In this document: positions 13,680-26,542 of the stretch, in pieces | Layout: each line of letters begins with the position of its first letter | How positions within the stretch are numbered: position 1 is the stretch's first letter | Assembly (NCBI GenBank): GCA_050575255.1 | Contig: JBNZDD010013498.1 | Location: 412,392 to 476,391 of the forward strand | DNA: 64,000 bases | Direction: 5' to 3' | Origin: Harriotta raleighana | Lineage: Eukaryota | Notes under the pieces: generated by a model | The model's input: only the letters and a program-made list of their open reading frames with translations | The model's database searches: none | What the model was told of the DNA's origin: nothing | Made by a program: the position numbers and the translations under genes

Positions 13680-14330
13680 ACCATACAAGGAGGCCATTCA
13701 ACCCATTAAATCTAAATTGGTGCTAGATCCTCCATTGGAGCTATCTAATCTACAAACAAATGCTCTGCTTGTATTGTTCCTCTTCAAATGTTTATTCAAT
13801 TTCCTTTCAAATGTTTTTACGGTTTTAACCTTGATAGACACTTGTTGCAAATCATTCCACGTTCTAACTACAGTATCTGGGTGAAAAGAAAATGTTATTC
13901 TAACCATTACCTTATCTCTTCCAGGATGAATCCTAAATTTATGCCCCCTCATTATTGATTTACCACCAGCAGGAATAATCTTTCAAAATCTATTGCCTCA
14001 GAAAAAGTGAACAATTCTACTCAATCCCCTTGTAACCTTATTTGTTGCCGTTCAAATAGACCCTATTTTCAGCCTATCCTTGTAACTACAATATAACTCT
14101 TTCTCCCTGGTATAATCTACTGCCTCTTAAGTCCACTCTAATAAGAAATCCGTTATCCTGCAGTTTCCTCACACTTTGCCATATCCCTTAATTTGATACC
14201 ATCAGCATGCTTAGAAATTGTTCCCCATGGCATATTTATAAATCATTAATATTGATGGAAAACATTTGAAATCACAGCACAGATCAGGGGGCATTCCACT
14301 AAATCTACAGCCTCTTTTCCCACTTCTGGA
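13680..14330 (-). mobile_element. Degraded CR1-clade LINE, 3' part of ORF2
   Basis: ORF 13698-13952 RGHKFRI...VVRTWNDL...TFERKLNKHL matches the CR1 ORF2 C-terminus; the reverse complement of 14230-14300 resembles the SGVPQGSVL...INDL RT motif. Confidence 0.75.
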
Positions 14331-16399
14331 CAGGATACAAGAAAATGATTGTCATTTGATATGTATTTTTTCCCCTCCATGGTCTCTTTCTTCTCTCTCA
14401 ATCAGAAGCTTTCCTGATTCTCACATATATATTTGTATGTAACACTGCAGTCACTCTCCTCTTGTACTTTCCTCTCTTTTTCCTCCCTACTTAGAAATAT
14501 ATCATCCACATATTTCCTCTTCCCTGTATCCACACTGTGCTAAAATAAAAAAATGTTGCATCCACTCCTTCTCTCAACATCAAGACTCCTTACCTACTTC
14601 AGTCTTTCTTTCCTCATACTGTCCACAAGCTTTTAAAATCCAAGCTTGGCATTACACTTCCGTTTTCTCTTAACTATGCTACACTTTTCAACCTTGACAG
14701 TGTATTGCACAAATAATAAGAAAGAAAATAGGATGCAGAGTTATAAGTGTAGTAATACAGCCATAAGAGCAAATGCTGCATGGAGCACTATACTTATATC
14801 CTGCAGGGACCAAAGGAATGTAATTTAGTGGAATGCGCCTAGTCAAGGTTGAATAATGTAGATTGTTATGTCAGACTGATACCCTGGAGCTTTTGCATGA
14901 TTACCTTTGGGAACTCGAGAGAACTTTTACCGAGCATTGTTTAGTTAGAAGATTTACCTGCAATGTTTCACCTCAATCAGAGATATTAAACTTGTAAGAG
15001 TCGATGACTGTAAAACGTATCTATTCTATTGGAAGGAGGACTTTTTATGCCAGTCAATCATTTTGTGTACCATACTTAGGTATGACATGATTCCTACAAA
15101 TAGAGCACTTACAAGAGGTGCAAATAAAATGACAAGCAGGTTATAACATACACAAATGGCTTTTTATTAAAAGTACTATGCAACTCTAAAGATAATGTTG
15201 TGGGCACTTTCAAAGGTTCCCACTATAGAGAACAATACAATTCTTCAGAGTACTATGTAAACTTTGCAATTTCCCTTCACTTGGTCAATTTACTTACCTG
15301 TTTTAGTATTTTGATGATGGATTGCATTGTGTCCTTCTTCTTTTGTTAAGCCAAGATCGATAGCTCTGAAGGCGAGTGTCTGTGCTGTTATTGAAAGTCT
15401 TGTGTGTATACTGCTGTTAAAGAAAGCAGTATCCTCTCTCATCATTTTTGATTTTTTACAAGTGATCCTTAGTATCTGTTGCACAGAGAAAGGCTAAACC
15501 CACAGAAAATAATGCTCACTTTCTTCTAATCCAGTTGTTAAGAGATTACAGGACAGGGAAACAGTAAACACAAACACAAGTTGCATTCTTTCCCTTGTCA
15601 TTTGCAATTCAGTGTAGTAATGTGCAGATTGGAAAAGCTTTTAAGCAAATGGTTCCTAAGTTTTTAAATGCTCCTTTGCATGACGTTCTGAATCCCAGTC
15701 CATTGTATTGGCGAAAATGAGCTCACTCTCCGTTTTGGTTAAGTGAACCCTGAAACGCTAAACTAAACAAAAAAGCATTTAGAATTTTTGTAACTAATTA
15801 CCATGAAAGTACAAGTGTAGGCTTCTTTTACCTGTGTGGGGATAACACTGGCATTCTTTTGTGATTTATAGGCCTCAGTTTGCAGCCAAGTAATACCCTC
15901 CTTTCAGCGAATGATGTTATACCATCACAATGAATGCCTTTCACTGAGCAGACACTCCTTAGTCTGTTGCTCATTATATTACAATTTTTAATTACTTTCG
16001 CAATCATTTTTTGGGGAAAAAATAGTCTAGCTTTTGCCCTTTTCTCTTTTCAGCTGAATAAAGGAGAGGCAGATTTTCAGACCACAAGTCTGAGCTGGAT
16101 TTTGTTCCCAATCCTAGAGGTGAAAGGGCAGTGCTCCAACAAAATGTGGCAGTCAGTCCACAAAAAGTTAAATTTACAAGCCAAGTACATTGTGTAAATT
16201 TACAAGCTAAGTACATATATACATTGTGTATACGTGAAAGACAATCCCTGCTCAGCCAGCAACAATTAAAACAATAGGAGACTCCATTTGAAGGTTTCAC
16301 TTACACCATTGCTTTGCAGGCCTGTACTACAATGTTAGACCCTCGAGTCTCTTACAAGGCTTTCATCTAGTTCTTGACCAAGATCCCTTATTACCATTT

Positions 16400-17180
16400 C
16401 CTTAACTTCATTCGCCTCATTCTCAACTTTACCTCTGATTAAAATAAAACCCTCATTCATGTCCTAGTCTCTTCCAAACTTTATTTCTCCAATGTTACCC
16501 TCATTGCCCTTATTCAATCAACATTTCATGAGCTCTCAATTGTTTTATAATAAATAATAATAATCTTTGCATTTGATATAGCGCTTTTCACATCTTATCA
16601 ACATCTCAAAGTATTTTACAGACTATAGTATAAAGTGAATTGAGCGTATATTTGTGGACGATATGCGGCAGCTAATTGCGCACAGCAGTGTCTCACAAAC
16701 AGCTGGATTCAAATGACCCATTTTTATTATTGTTGTTTTTTTTTTTGGAGGGATTATTATTAGGCATGTGGAGTAAGAAAACTTGCCCAAGGTTTCACCT
16801 TGATCTGCCTGGATTCGAACACAGGTCTCACGCTTGTAAGGTGAGTGCTCTAACCACTGAGCTACAGGAGCTCCATGTTCCCCTCATTGCCCTACTTCAC
16901 TCAACATTCCACAAGCGCTTGCTTGCTTTAGCTCCGTAATCACCTGCAATCGCACTTTCTTCACTCCACTAACAGGCCTGTTTCATATCCCTGCCCTCTT
17001 CGCCCCCACCATCAATGTGCGAGCTTTCAAACACTTGAATCCACTCTCAAGAACCCCGATTTCAAAAACCTACCTTTTTGATTGCGCCTTCGGTTACCTC
17101 CCACTCCATTTTCCATCATTGTAAAGCACTTTCAGACTTGTCCCTACATGAAAGGTGCTAAACTAAGGGCAAGTTGTTCT
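16400..17180 (+). mobile_element. Degraded L2 LINE 3' fragment interrupted by a SINE
   Basis: aaaccctcattcatgtcctagtctcttccaaact (TLIH.LV.SKL motif), ttcaaaaacctacctttttgattgcgccttc, tail catgaaaggtgctaaactaagggcaagttgtt. Confidence 0.65.
16547..16876 (-). mobile_element. Full-length, relatively young tRNA-derived SINE
   Basis: Close reverse-complement match to 61421-61753, including A-box, B-box GTTCGAATCC and tail. Confidence 0.95.
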
Positions 17181-18287
17181 TATACAGTTCCATACGGGGT
17201 TAGTTTATACAGGGTTAGTATAAAGGCAGCATAAGAATTTGTAATTCACCACTTCAAAGAAATGGTCCAAAGCAATAGAAGCAAAAAAAATCACAGAATG
17301 TTCCTGATTGATGAAGTGGAGATTTTGTTCTAATAGCTTGCAGTCAATTGAAGATGATTGGATCTTTTGTTAAGGTTGGTAATCTTATTTGAAATAAAAG
17401 TTATAATGTTCTATTAGTCCAAAATTTATATCTTATCTCATTGCCAAAGTGTAGTCAGTGAAACATTAAAGACCGAGTGAAAGATTGCATTGTTGTATGA
17501 CCCATTTGCCTGCCAACTGTTTGATCTTCAGAGCTCCTAGTTTTGTAGGTATAATTCAAAGAGAGATTTGATATCAATAGTGAAAAGCTACTGTACCATA
17601 ACATAAAAATCATAGGAGCCATTTCTAGTTTTTTTGGGGAGGATAATTGCTTCCTCGCAAGTGCCTCTGGATCTCACATCATCTCTCATCTCAGAGCCAT
17701 CACACCACTCTTGCCTCCTGCTGAGAGCATATTAAAAACTATTATTTCCTATATTTGTTCTCCCCACCCTTCACACCCCCTTATTTTCTAAATTACATCT
17801 CCTAAAACTGAGAACTTAGGGCTAATTGCAATGTGCCACTAGCACCTAAGATGTTTTAACTCAGCACAGATCTTCATGGCCTGAACAGTTAGATTTCTTG
17901 TATAGTGCGTGTGTCTTTGTCAGAGAAGGAAGATAGAGGGAACGAGAAAGAGGAAAAGAGAGACTCGCTGAACTACTGAGTAATAATGGAAGAAAGTTTA
18001 TTCATTTAAACTCTAATACATTGTTTTTGGAGAATATTTCCTTTTAGTATTTATAGGTTTGCAAGGAGTTTCTGGTACTTACCATCCACCTAGTGTAGCT
18101 CAAACCTGCACATGTCAGATGTCGAACAACCACTAGTGACTGTCCTCCTTGGGGATGGTAAGCGGGGGTCTCCTTGGAGCTGATGTGGTTTCAAGATGAC
18201 ATGTTTGACAATGGGATATCGGAATCAAACCATTAAGATATAATCCAGAAAAATTCTTAGATTGTTTTACTGAGTGGAAAAACATAT

Positions 18288-18457
18288 CCGCCTCCTTCAA
18301 GTCCCGCCTCAAGACTCTCCTCTTTGATAGTCCACCAGCAACTCCTAATCCCCCCCCTTCGCTGCCTCCCCCCCTGTCCCCATTCACCGTCCAGTGCCTT
18401 GGGACATCCTCCTGATGTGAAAGACACCATATACATGTAATTTTGTTGTTGTTGTTG
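18288..18457 (+). mobile_element. L2 LINE 3' end
   Basis: cctccttcaagtcccgcctcaagactctcctctttga...gggacatcctcctgatgtgaaagacacc...(ttg)n; nearly the same as 7895-8068. Confidence 0.88.
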
Positions 18458-19544
18458 TATTTCTGGTTTAGACAGCGCATGATTCAAATTTTGTTTTTAC
18501 TGAGATGAATGATTGCATTGGCCTTTCTTGCTCCACGTCATGGTCTGTGCTGTTCTTAACACCCACCAAGAGCAGCCTGTCAGTAATCGATCTGTTCCTC
18601 ACAGGGGGTTCTGTCACGATTCCATTAGGAACACAGCTAAATGAAAAAGGATACTCTGCTTAAGGCTTCAAATGGTTATTAAAAAATCAAACCCTGTTTG
18701 GTGCCCTGAAAAGTTTGATCATAATTCTAATCCATTGGCCATTTTGGCCATGGTTGGACTCTCAGAGCTGTTAATGCTATACCACATTTAACATTACTAA
18801 TTGCTCGATCAATATCAGTGCTGTGTTTGGCTCTCACAGTGTTAGGGGTACCTCAAGTTAGTCCCATGCATGTTGATTTGAGAAATGTAATTGTTTTTCC
18901 ACATGTGTCTATATAATCTGTGGAATGTGACCTGAAATAATGCAAATGAAACAGCTTAACAAGTGGAAATCACCCACTTGACCTTTGTTAACAAGGCCAA
19001 CTTGGTTTCTGTTGGTGGTAACTGTAGGAAAATGGCTCATAAAATCACACCAACATCTAAAGCCATGTTTCATTGGAGCAGGAGCTTCACATTTTAGTGA
19101 AATAAATTGCTCACATGCTGTGAACACTGGAATGTCTGGACTTAAATAGCGAACGTTTAAAAGTGTCTTTCTTAAAAATAATTAAGAAGATACAAGCAAT
19201 GATAAATGTGTGTCTCAACAAAAGTTGCAGCTAAAGGGTATGGTAAATAAAGCTAATAGAGAATTTGCAACAAGGTCGCATTTATTGATATTTAAAAATA
19301 GTCCTTAACTGTACCAAAAAAGGAAGCTACCAACTAAATAATAATCCTTGAGTTTGATATTCCCAAGTTAAAATTAGTCGGAGGGACTAATAAAGCTCAC
19401 AATTATCCAGTTTCCCTCCCAGCCAGCCTCTAGAAGGAATGTCTGGCTGATAGGTTCAGTAGAATAAAGCTTCACTAACAATGGAGTTCAAAGGGATTGC
19501 ACACTCCATGCCACATCCACTCAATACTACTTTCAGAGAGTGTT

Positions 19545-19705
19545 ATCATATTTAAGAGGATGCTAGATAAACACATGGGGGAGAAGGGAATAAAATGGTG
19601 TGGGAGGGAGTAAGCAGTGGGTTCAGATTCACATGGAAGATAAGCACTAGCACAGACTTGTTGAGCTAAATGGCTTGTTTCTATTCTCCCGTACATTCTG
19701 TGTAA
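19545..19705 (+). mobile_element. CR1-type LINE 3' tail
   Basis: tttaagaggatgctagataaacacatg (FKRMLDKHM)...gacttgttgagctaaatggcttgtttct. Confidence 0.65.
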
Positions 19706-22700
19706 ATCAAGCCCCATATTTACGAGTGGGGTAGTAGTACAAGATTTGGCAGATCTCCGTATATATGCCAGAAACCCAAGCTGTTGCTTCAACAACATTC
19801 ATATTAGTGCCCTGTATCAGTCCAGCAAATAAGGGGGAAAAAAGATGCGAAGCTTCGCCCATTGGTTTTACCCAAAAAGATAAAATCCTTTTTCCCCAAG
19901 ATTTATTCCGAGTTTATTGTTTTTCCGCAAAGAAATTCATTTTGAAGCTGATCACATTTGTTGGACTCCTCCTTGAAATCTCTGTGATTCATCACCAAAA
20001 GCGAAAACAGCCAAGTGTATTGGCATCAACTGCAGGAAGTAGACATTCTCCAAAGGGATTCCCTTGGCTGATGTCATCGGAAACCTTCACTGTTTTACTG
20101 AGGAAATGGAACACTTGCGAGGCTCTATGGAGGAGTCCACAAACGTGATTATTTTCAAAACAAATCGTTAAATGTAACTGGGTCACATCTGGGGAAAGTT
20201 CTTAAAATTCATATTACTCCCCCCTGGAGTTTCACCCGTTCTTACAGAGGGTTCCACTGGGTTTTAAAGTGCTGCAAAAAAAATGCTTTGTCAATTCTCA
20301 AAAGGATATAAGCCAGCCCTACCTTTCCTTTCTGAGGATACAAATGGCCTAGTACAAAGTCCTTGAATTGCACTTATAATGCTGTGATTAAACAGAATAT
20401 TTGTATTTTACTTGCTTACCTATTGCTATGGTCAAATGCCTACTGGATGGATGAAGGAAATAAGAATAGAGGCTAGCTGCATCGTTTGATATTTTATATA
20501 ACACACTCAGGTCAGCATGGAGTTTAACTACTTCTTCATAGAAGATGATTAGTATTTAAATTTGGTCTAAACCATGACAACCTCTGTTTTCTTAAAAATT
20601 GGAACAATCTTTCAGAGCATTCTCTGGAGATTTTGCAAAGCTTCAAGCCTCATTGAATCTGATGGTGTATTAATTGCCCTGTGCAAGTCCAACCCTTTGA
20701 AACTCCTGTGTCCAAAGCCCTCGGTGATATGTTCCTGCAAGACATGCTTCAACTCTCAGCTGGTGAAATACTTCAGCTGAATTGTACAACATGCTGCTAC
20801 TCAACTGACTGGAAAACTACTTCTGCTACGATCTGACATCTGTTTTGCATCACATTGTGCATGTGCAAGATAGTGTTCAATGACTGAGCTAATCTCTCTA
20901 CACAATGTAGCATCCTTGTTGGGATATTAGGCTTGATTGTTTATGGCTTCTGTATCATGCACCCATATCATCAATATATGAAGCATGGATTGTCTTCAAT
21001 GATGTGTAATTTGGCTTCATAAAGACTTTCTTGTGTGAGGCTCATTGCCATATAATGTTGTCAAGAGCTTTCGGAATATACTGAGTTCATAATCACTGTC
21101 ACAGTAACAGTGTCCTTGCTTTCTTTTCTTTGTGGAAAAGCAGACAAACAAGGTTTCTGCCAATATTCAACCAAGGCCAGGATCTTTTGTTACCTCCTCT
21201 AAGATAGCTATGTACTCGAAGTTTCAATCACAGAAACAATAAACCTATATCACAATGCACTGAATGTGGGTTTGAGGTTTAGTGGGACTCTGAAATAGGC
21301 TCTATTCATTTGAATGGATGAGAGAAAACTAACCTGTTAAAAGTTTTTTTTCCCCCAAAATGCATCTGACAAACAAGTTGCCCTGTTTCTTTTCACCTTC
21401 GTGAAATTAGTATTGCATTCAGGAGAAATGTTATCAATAACTCAAAATGAACTGTTACATTCCCGCTGCTGCATTTAGACTCTTTCCCTCAGAATTTCTC
21501 CAGTGCGTTTCTTTGCAAAATGTAACTTTTTTTTCCTCACAGGTTGTGAAGTTATTCTCCTCAATCCTATTCTCTTCCATCTTTCAACTCCAAGAATGTG
21601 TGGCCTTTTTCCTAGTGCCAATAATACATGGTAATCATGAGACTGTATAATAACACCTTTCTTATCTTTCGCTCTAATCCTCCCAAATCTTCCTAGATCA
21701 TCTCTGTGACTATAAAACTGTTAACGCCTAGCAACAGTCTCCCAACCTTATCCCTAGCTTTTTTTTCCCCCTATAGCTTCTCAACAAAGGATGCAGTTAG
21801 TGTTACTTTATCTGGGCTACTTTGAACTATTTTTTCCCTCTCTAATCACACAGCCCAAATTTGGTTCTTTCCTCCAGCTACATAAATCACAGTTCCTCTG
21901 GCACTTATATAATCTCAGGGACTCAGTGATCTTCTGGGAAATTTTTATTTTAGACTCACCAGATTCTAAAATAGATAGGTCAAGCAAAAGTGGGCTGATG
22001 GAGTCCAGTTAACTCCACATACCTGAATATGTATAATACTTTTTGATAATACAGTATCGCAAAATCTAAACCTGCTCCCTACCTGTCCATTCTTGGTTCT
22101 TTGTTGCTCGTTTTATCAATAAATTTAGTGTCTATTCCCCAATGGGTTGTTTCTGTGCAGGAAAGTTCTATAGAATTCTGTGTTGTACGCGAATTGTTTG
22201 CGATTGAATCTGAAGGACAGAAACCATAACTGATCGAGGTAGATAGTTAAACCGAGGCCCTCAAAAATGAAAGTCTGCAGAGCTTGGCTGCACCAGTCAT
22301 AAAGTGATGTGAGCCAGAAGAAGCATGAGTGGAATGGGTACACAATAATGGATGTTCCTATCAGGATGTTAGTTCAATACCAGTCGTCAATAAATAACAT
22401 TTTTTCATGCAACACTTTGTTGCTAACATGAATGGTGCTGTTTATTTTGTTACACTCAAGTGTACTTGAAAATTACTTCCATAATTCAGTTAGAAATGAC
22501 TAATAACTCTTTCTATCTATAATTTCCTGTTTTGATTGGAGCACCAGTGAGGCACATCAGCAGGCACTCCCCTTGACAAGCATGCTTTGAGATATACTAG
22601 ATGTATTTTTAAATAACATGAAATGGACTAACTATCCCAAACCGTGTTATTATCTTTTATGGACTGAATCTAACCTAACATTTAGCTTTATGCTCGAACC

Positions 22701-22967
22701 TGTATCATTACACAGAACGAAACACAGAATTGAAAGCAGACGTGATATAAACGAGTTGATTCCAGGCCTGATTCAAATTTAAAATGTAGCAACATTAACG
22801 TGGAGAGGTTAGTGGATACCTCACCTTTGTTTTTCCCTCTTAACCTGAAGAAGGAGACAGGGTGTTAAAAGTAAAGTGTTTGAAGTCTTAACAAAATATA
22901 GAAATTATTTTTCAGTTGTTTGATCTGAATAGAATCCAAAAGCAAATTGATTTCACGTAGATATTTG

Positions 22968-23102
22968 GATAGATATTTGTCAGGTCAGGGAATTAGGGGA
23001 TACACGGCAAGGGCGAGTAATTGGACAGAGCAGCCATAATCTTGGAGAGCGGAGGAACAGGCTTGAATGGCTGAATAGCTTACTCCTGTTTCTGTGTTTC
23101 TG
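22968..23102 (+). mobile_element. CR1-type LINE 3' tail
   Basis: gggaattaggggatac...ggaacaggcttgaatggctgaatagcttactcctgtttct, typical CR1/HER1-like terminus. Confidence 0.65.
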
Positions 23103-24071
23103 TAAGAATAACAAATTGCATTTACGCCTTTCATGTCGGGGGGAGTTCCCAACGTTCTGACAACAGACCTGCACCACTGTGTACATCACTGGGACTGGAG
23201 ATTCATAGAGGCTTCCTTAAGCCTCAAGACTACAGGTTTTTCTCAGTACAGTAACTGTGTGGTGTGACCTGCAATATGAGTACAAGATAGACGTCAATAG
23301 TGAAGTAACGTGATTATGCTTTCAAACTGGAACAAGTATATTTCTGCTATGTTTGAATCCTAGCCAAAGCATTGATAGAAACTAGCCGGAGGTTGGAAGC
23401 AAAATGCCACAGTCATTTCATCTACACAGTCATTTAATCAATAAACTCACAAGAACATGAGCCAATAATAATGGTGTACTTATGATAAAGAATTTGCTTA
23501 CATGGGCAAAATAAGGCTTTAAACTGTCTGTATAACTAAGCTGTTTGTGCATTTTTAAAAAAAAAAAATTATTTTAGTTTTGCCATCTTCAAACTGAACA
23601 TTTTCTCTTACCATCAAATGAACATATGCTCAAAAGTAAAGCCCCATGTTTGAGCGATATAAATTGTCCCCTCTGTTGGAAACACAAATGCTTATTAGTA
23701 ATAGGAATATAACTAGAATATCAATGAATACAGTTCATCTGCTTTCAGTCTGGTTTGAATTTGGTTTGAATGCTAATGAGTAAAATTAAAGGGTATATTT
23801 CAGTCCTTATGATCACTATTATTAGGTTCTATAACTGCTTTCATTGTCAAATATTGCTGGATATATGGTAAGTTTCATTTAAGGAAGTTGGAAGGAAACT
23901 TAGGTTAACAGCCAAATGTTTGTGATTTAAAACAAAGCAATAATACCAAACTTAAAAATATCGGAATATTTGGTGGGTGTTTCTCTGTTTTCTCTTTGAA
24001 TTGAATCCATGGTTGAGCGCTGAACTCTTATCTATATTTTTTGTACCTCTGGTTTGATCCATTTTAGGAGA

Positions 24072-24282
24072 AATAATAATAATTATTATATTTAGATTTA
24101 TATAGTGCTTTCCACATCTTATCGACCTCCCAAAGCGATTTACAGAATACGACAACGTCTTAAGGTAGGGACCAGAGCAGGGGGGAAGGAGGGGTCGGGG
24201 TAGGGAGAAAAAAAGGGGAAGAAAGGGGGGAAAAGGGTAGGGGCCAGAGCAGGGGGGGAGGGGTCGTGGTAGTGGGAAGGAG
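24072..24282 (-). mobile_element. L2-like LINE 3' end with C-rich 3'UTR, sharing its terminus with the SINE family
   Basis: Minus strand: C-rich repeats, then tattctgtaaatcgctttgggaggtcgataagatgtggaaagcactatataaat...(att)n. Confidence 0.6.
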
Positions 24283-25579
24283 TTGGAAAATTGACTGTTT
24301 ATTTGTGGGCGAAATCATTAAGTTCCTCAAATGCATCTGAAAATATCTGTGTTTGACTCTATCAGGTGTTGGGAGACATACAAAGCTCTCAAGATGCTAT
24401 ATATTTTCATTACGAATCCTCTTTGAAACATCTAATTGTATTGTGTGTCCAGGAAAGGAATGTCTTACCCGCCTTCCTCTTCTAAATAGTCAGTATATCA
24501 TGCTGGGGCACATTTCTATGTGTGCAAAAATCATTATTCTGAATGAATCTCTGTAGACCAAGTCAAATTGGGCACTTTTTACTGTAATTTTCAAGTGTGT
24601 ACTTAGGACAAAAAACTGGATGGTGGACAAGTTAAACATAAATAACTTACAGAATCCTTCTGAGAGGTCTCGTAATGCTTAAACAATGACAGTGCTCCTA
24701 TCACTATTTGTGAACACGTGAAACTGCAATAACATCCATTCATCATGTTCCTCATGTTTACTCTAATCTGCCCTGATTTCCTAGATCAGTGCTTAAGCAC
24801 AAACCTATAGATGTCCAGCAGTCACGTCTTGCTAAGCCCTCAACTCTTTGAACCTCCCTGTTCAAGACGGTTACTTTTGCTACGCCTGAAGTAATTCCTA
24901 CATTACATCCCTCCTGCTTTCCCATCCAAGCCATAAATCATGGTTGCGCATGAACCGGAGTGGTAGGGGCCCCTTTCATCAAGCAGCAATAATTTACAAG
25001 GAATTAGTTATAGCTAATGAAAGCTTACACCTTTGGCTTCTGGAAATTCCATTTTGCATAAGTAACATATATTTAACTCAGCTAATATGGGTGAAGCAAT
25101 TCCTCCAATTCTTTATCCAGCACGTATTAAACACCCAAGACTTATGACCTGAGGGGACAATCCTTGAGAATTTATTGTCGTTCTCTCAAGTGATGATTAA
25201 GAATGTTACAGATGTAGAATGTACAGTCAAACTCTTGGAGGCAAATACATTTAGCAATCACCCCTGTTAATGAAAACTCAAGCTATCTATCCTGTGACCT
25301 TTACATGTGGTACCACTCTGATGATATGACCTGTGGCTACTAACATCTAGTTTAGTCAGCCAGGGGCATGTGTTTCCTCAGAAACTGTGTAGCATTTCCA
25401 TTGGGAGGCTTCTGCAGAAGGTGTACATTGCTGATGAATAGCTCCAATACTGCTGGATGGAGAAAATCTGGATGGAATGCATCTATGCATTGAATCAAAG
25501 CATGGATTTAAGTTGATATGTTATGAACACAATTGCAAGCAGGTGTGAGAGCATCCAATAGACTACCTAAACAGATACA

Positions 25580-25686
25580 AAATATACAGTCAATCCATTT
25601 TACAGTACTGTATATTGTGTGAAGCACTTTGAGATACTTCAAAGACTTGTTAAGGTGCTGGATCAAATGCAAGGATTATTATTATT
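25580..25686 (+). mobile_element. SINE 3' fragment
   Basis: tgtgaagcactttgagat...atcaaatgcaaggattattattatt. Confidence 0.75.
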
Positions 25687-26374
25687 TTTCTTATAAATAC
25701 ATTAATAGCTGCTGGGCTCGAATAGTGTGCTAAAGCTTACTGTAAAGGCTTGTACGTGAAGAATGACCACTTGGGCAAAGTGAGAAGTTGTAATTCTAAA
25801 CAATTGTAAACAGTTGTCAAATGGCATCGTAGCTACTACATAAATAACATCCCTCATTGGGAGTGTTTTTAAAAAAAATATATCGTCCAGCAATTGCAGT
25901 ACAGTATTGCCTTTAGGATTGTGCGAAACTTTTACAAGAGGGGAATCAGAGTCTTCATCANTTTAAAAATATATCGTCCAGCAATTGTCTTTAGGATTGT
26001 GCGAAACTTTTACAAGAGGGGAATCAGAGTCTTCATCAGAAGTGCCTGAAGGCAGTTGCTGGGAAGGTTCACCTACCCTCCTGCAAGCCTCAGCGTGGCT
26101 CTGTTGGTATAAATCACTCATTACTCTCCCTGGTTTTGCAACAGCGATTCTGGACTGATAGAACAACACTGTAATCATGGGTGTGTACAACATTCTTGAG
26201 GGATGGGAAAGCATTCCTTTTGGTGACCAGTCAAAGGGTTGAACATTCCCAGTTCAAATGTAGTATCAATAGTTCAGTGCAACGCAGAGCTCCTTCTTCA
26301 TTCTTCAACCACAACCTCAGAGCAGAATCCCCTCGTTCTTCCTGACCGCACCAGTGTAGCCTTCCAAACATTCA

Positions 26375-26542
26375 TTTGGGACTTTGAGTGCTCCGAGATG
26401 CCGTCTGGCCTGCAGGGTGCAATATAAATGCAAGTTGTTGCTGTTGTAAGTGAATGTGCCTGTTAAAATACAGTCAATCCACTTTATAGCATATTCTGTG
26501 AAGCCAAGAAAAGCGCTACATCAAAATGCAAGGATTATTATA
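26375..26542 (+). mobile_element. Adjacent L2 tail and SINE tail fragments
   Basis: gcaatataaatgcaagttgttgctgttg followed by atacagtcaatccacttt...aaatgcaaggattatta. Confidence 0.6.

Noticed and set aside
16169-16216. 26-nt tandem duplication (similar small ones at 22958, 28746, 50422, 55827)
   Set aside because: Only two copies and no spacers: ordinary slippage duplications, not a CRISPR-like array.
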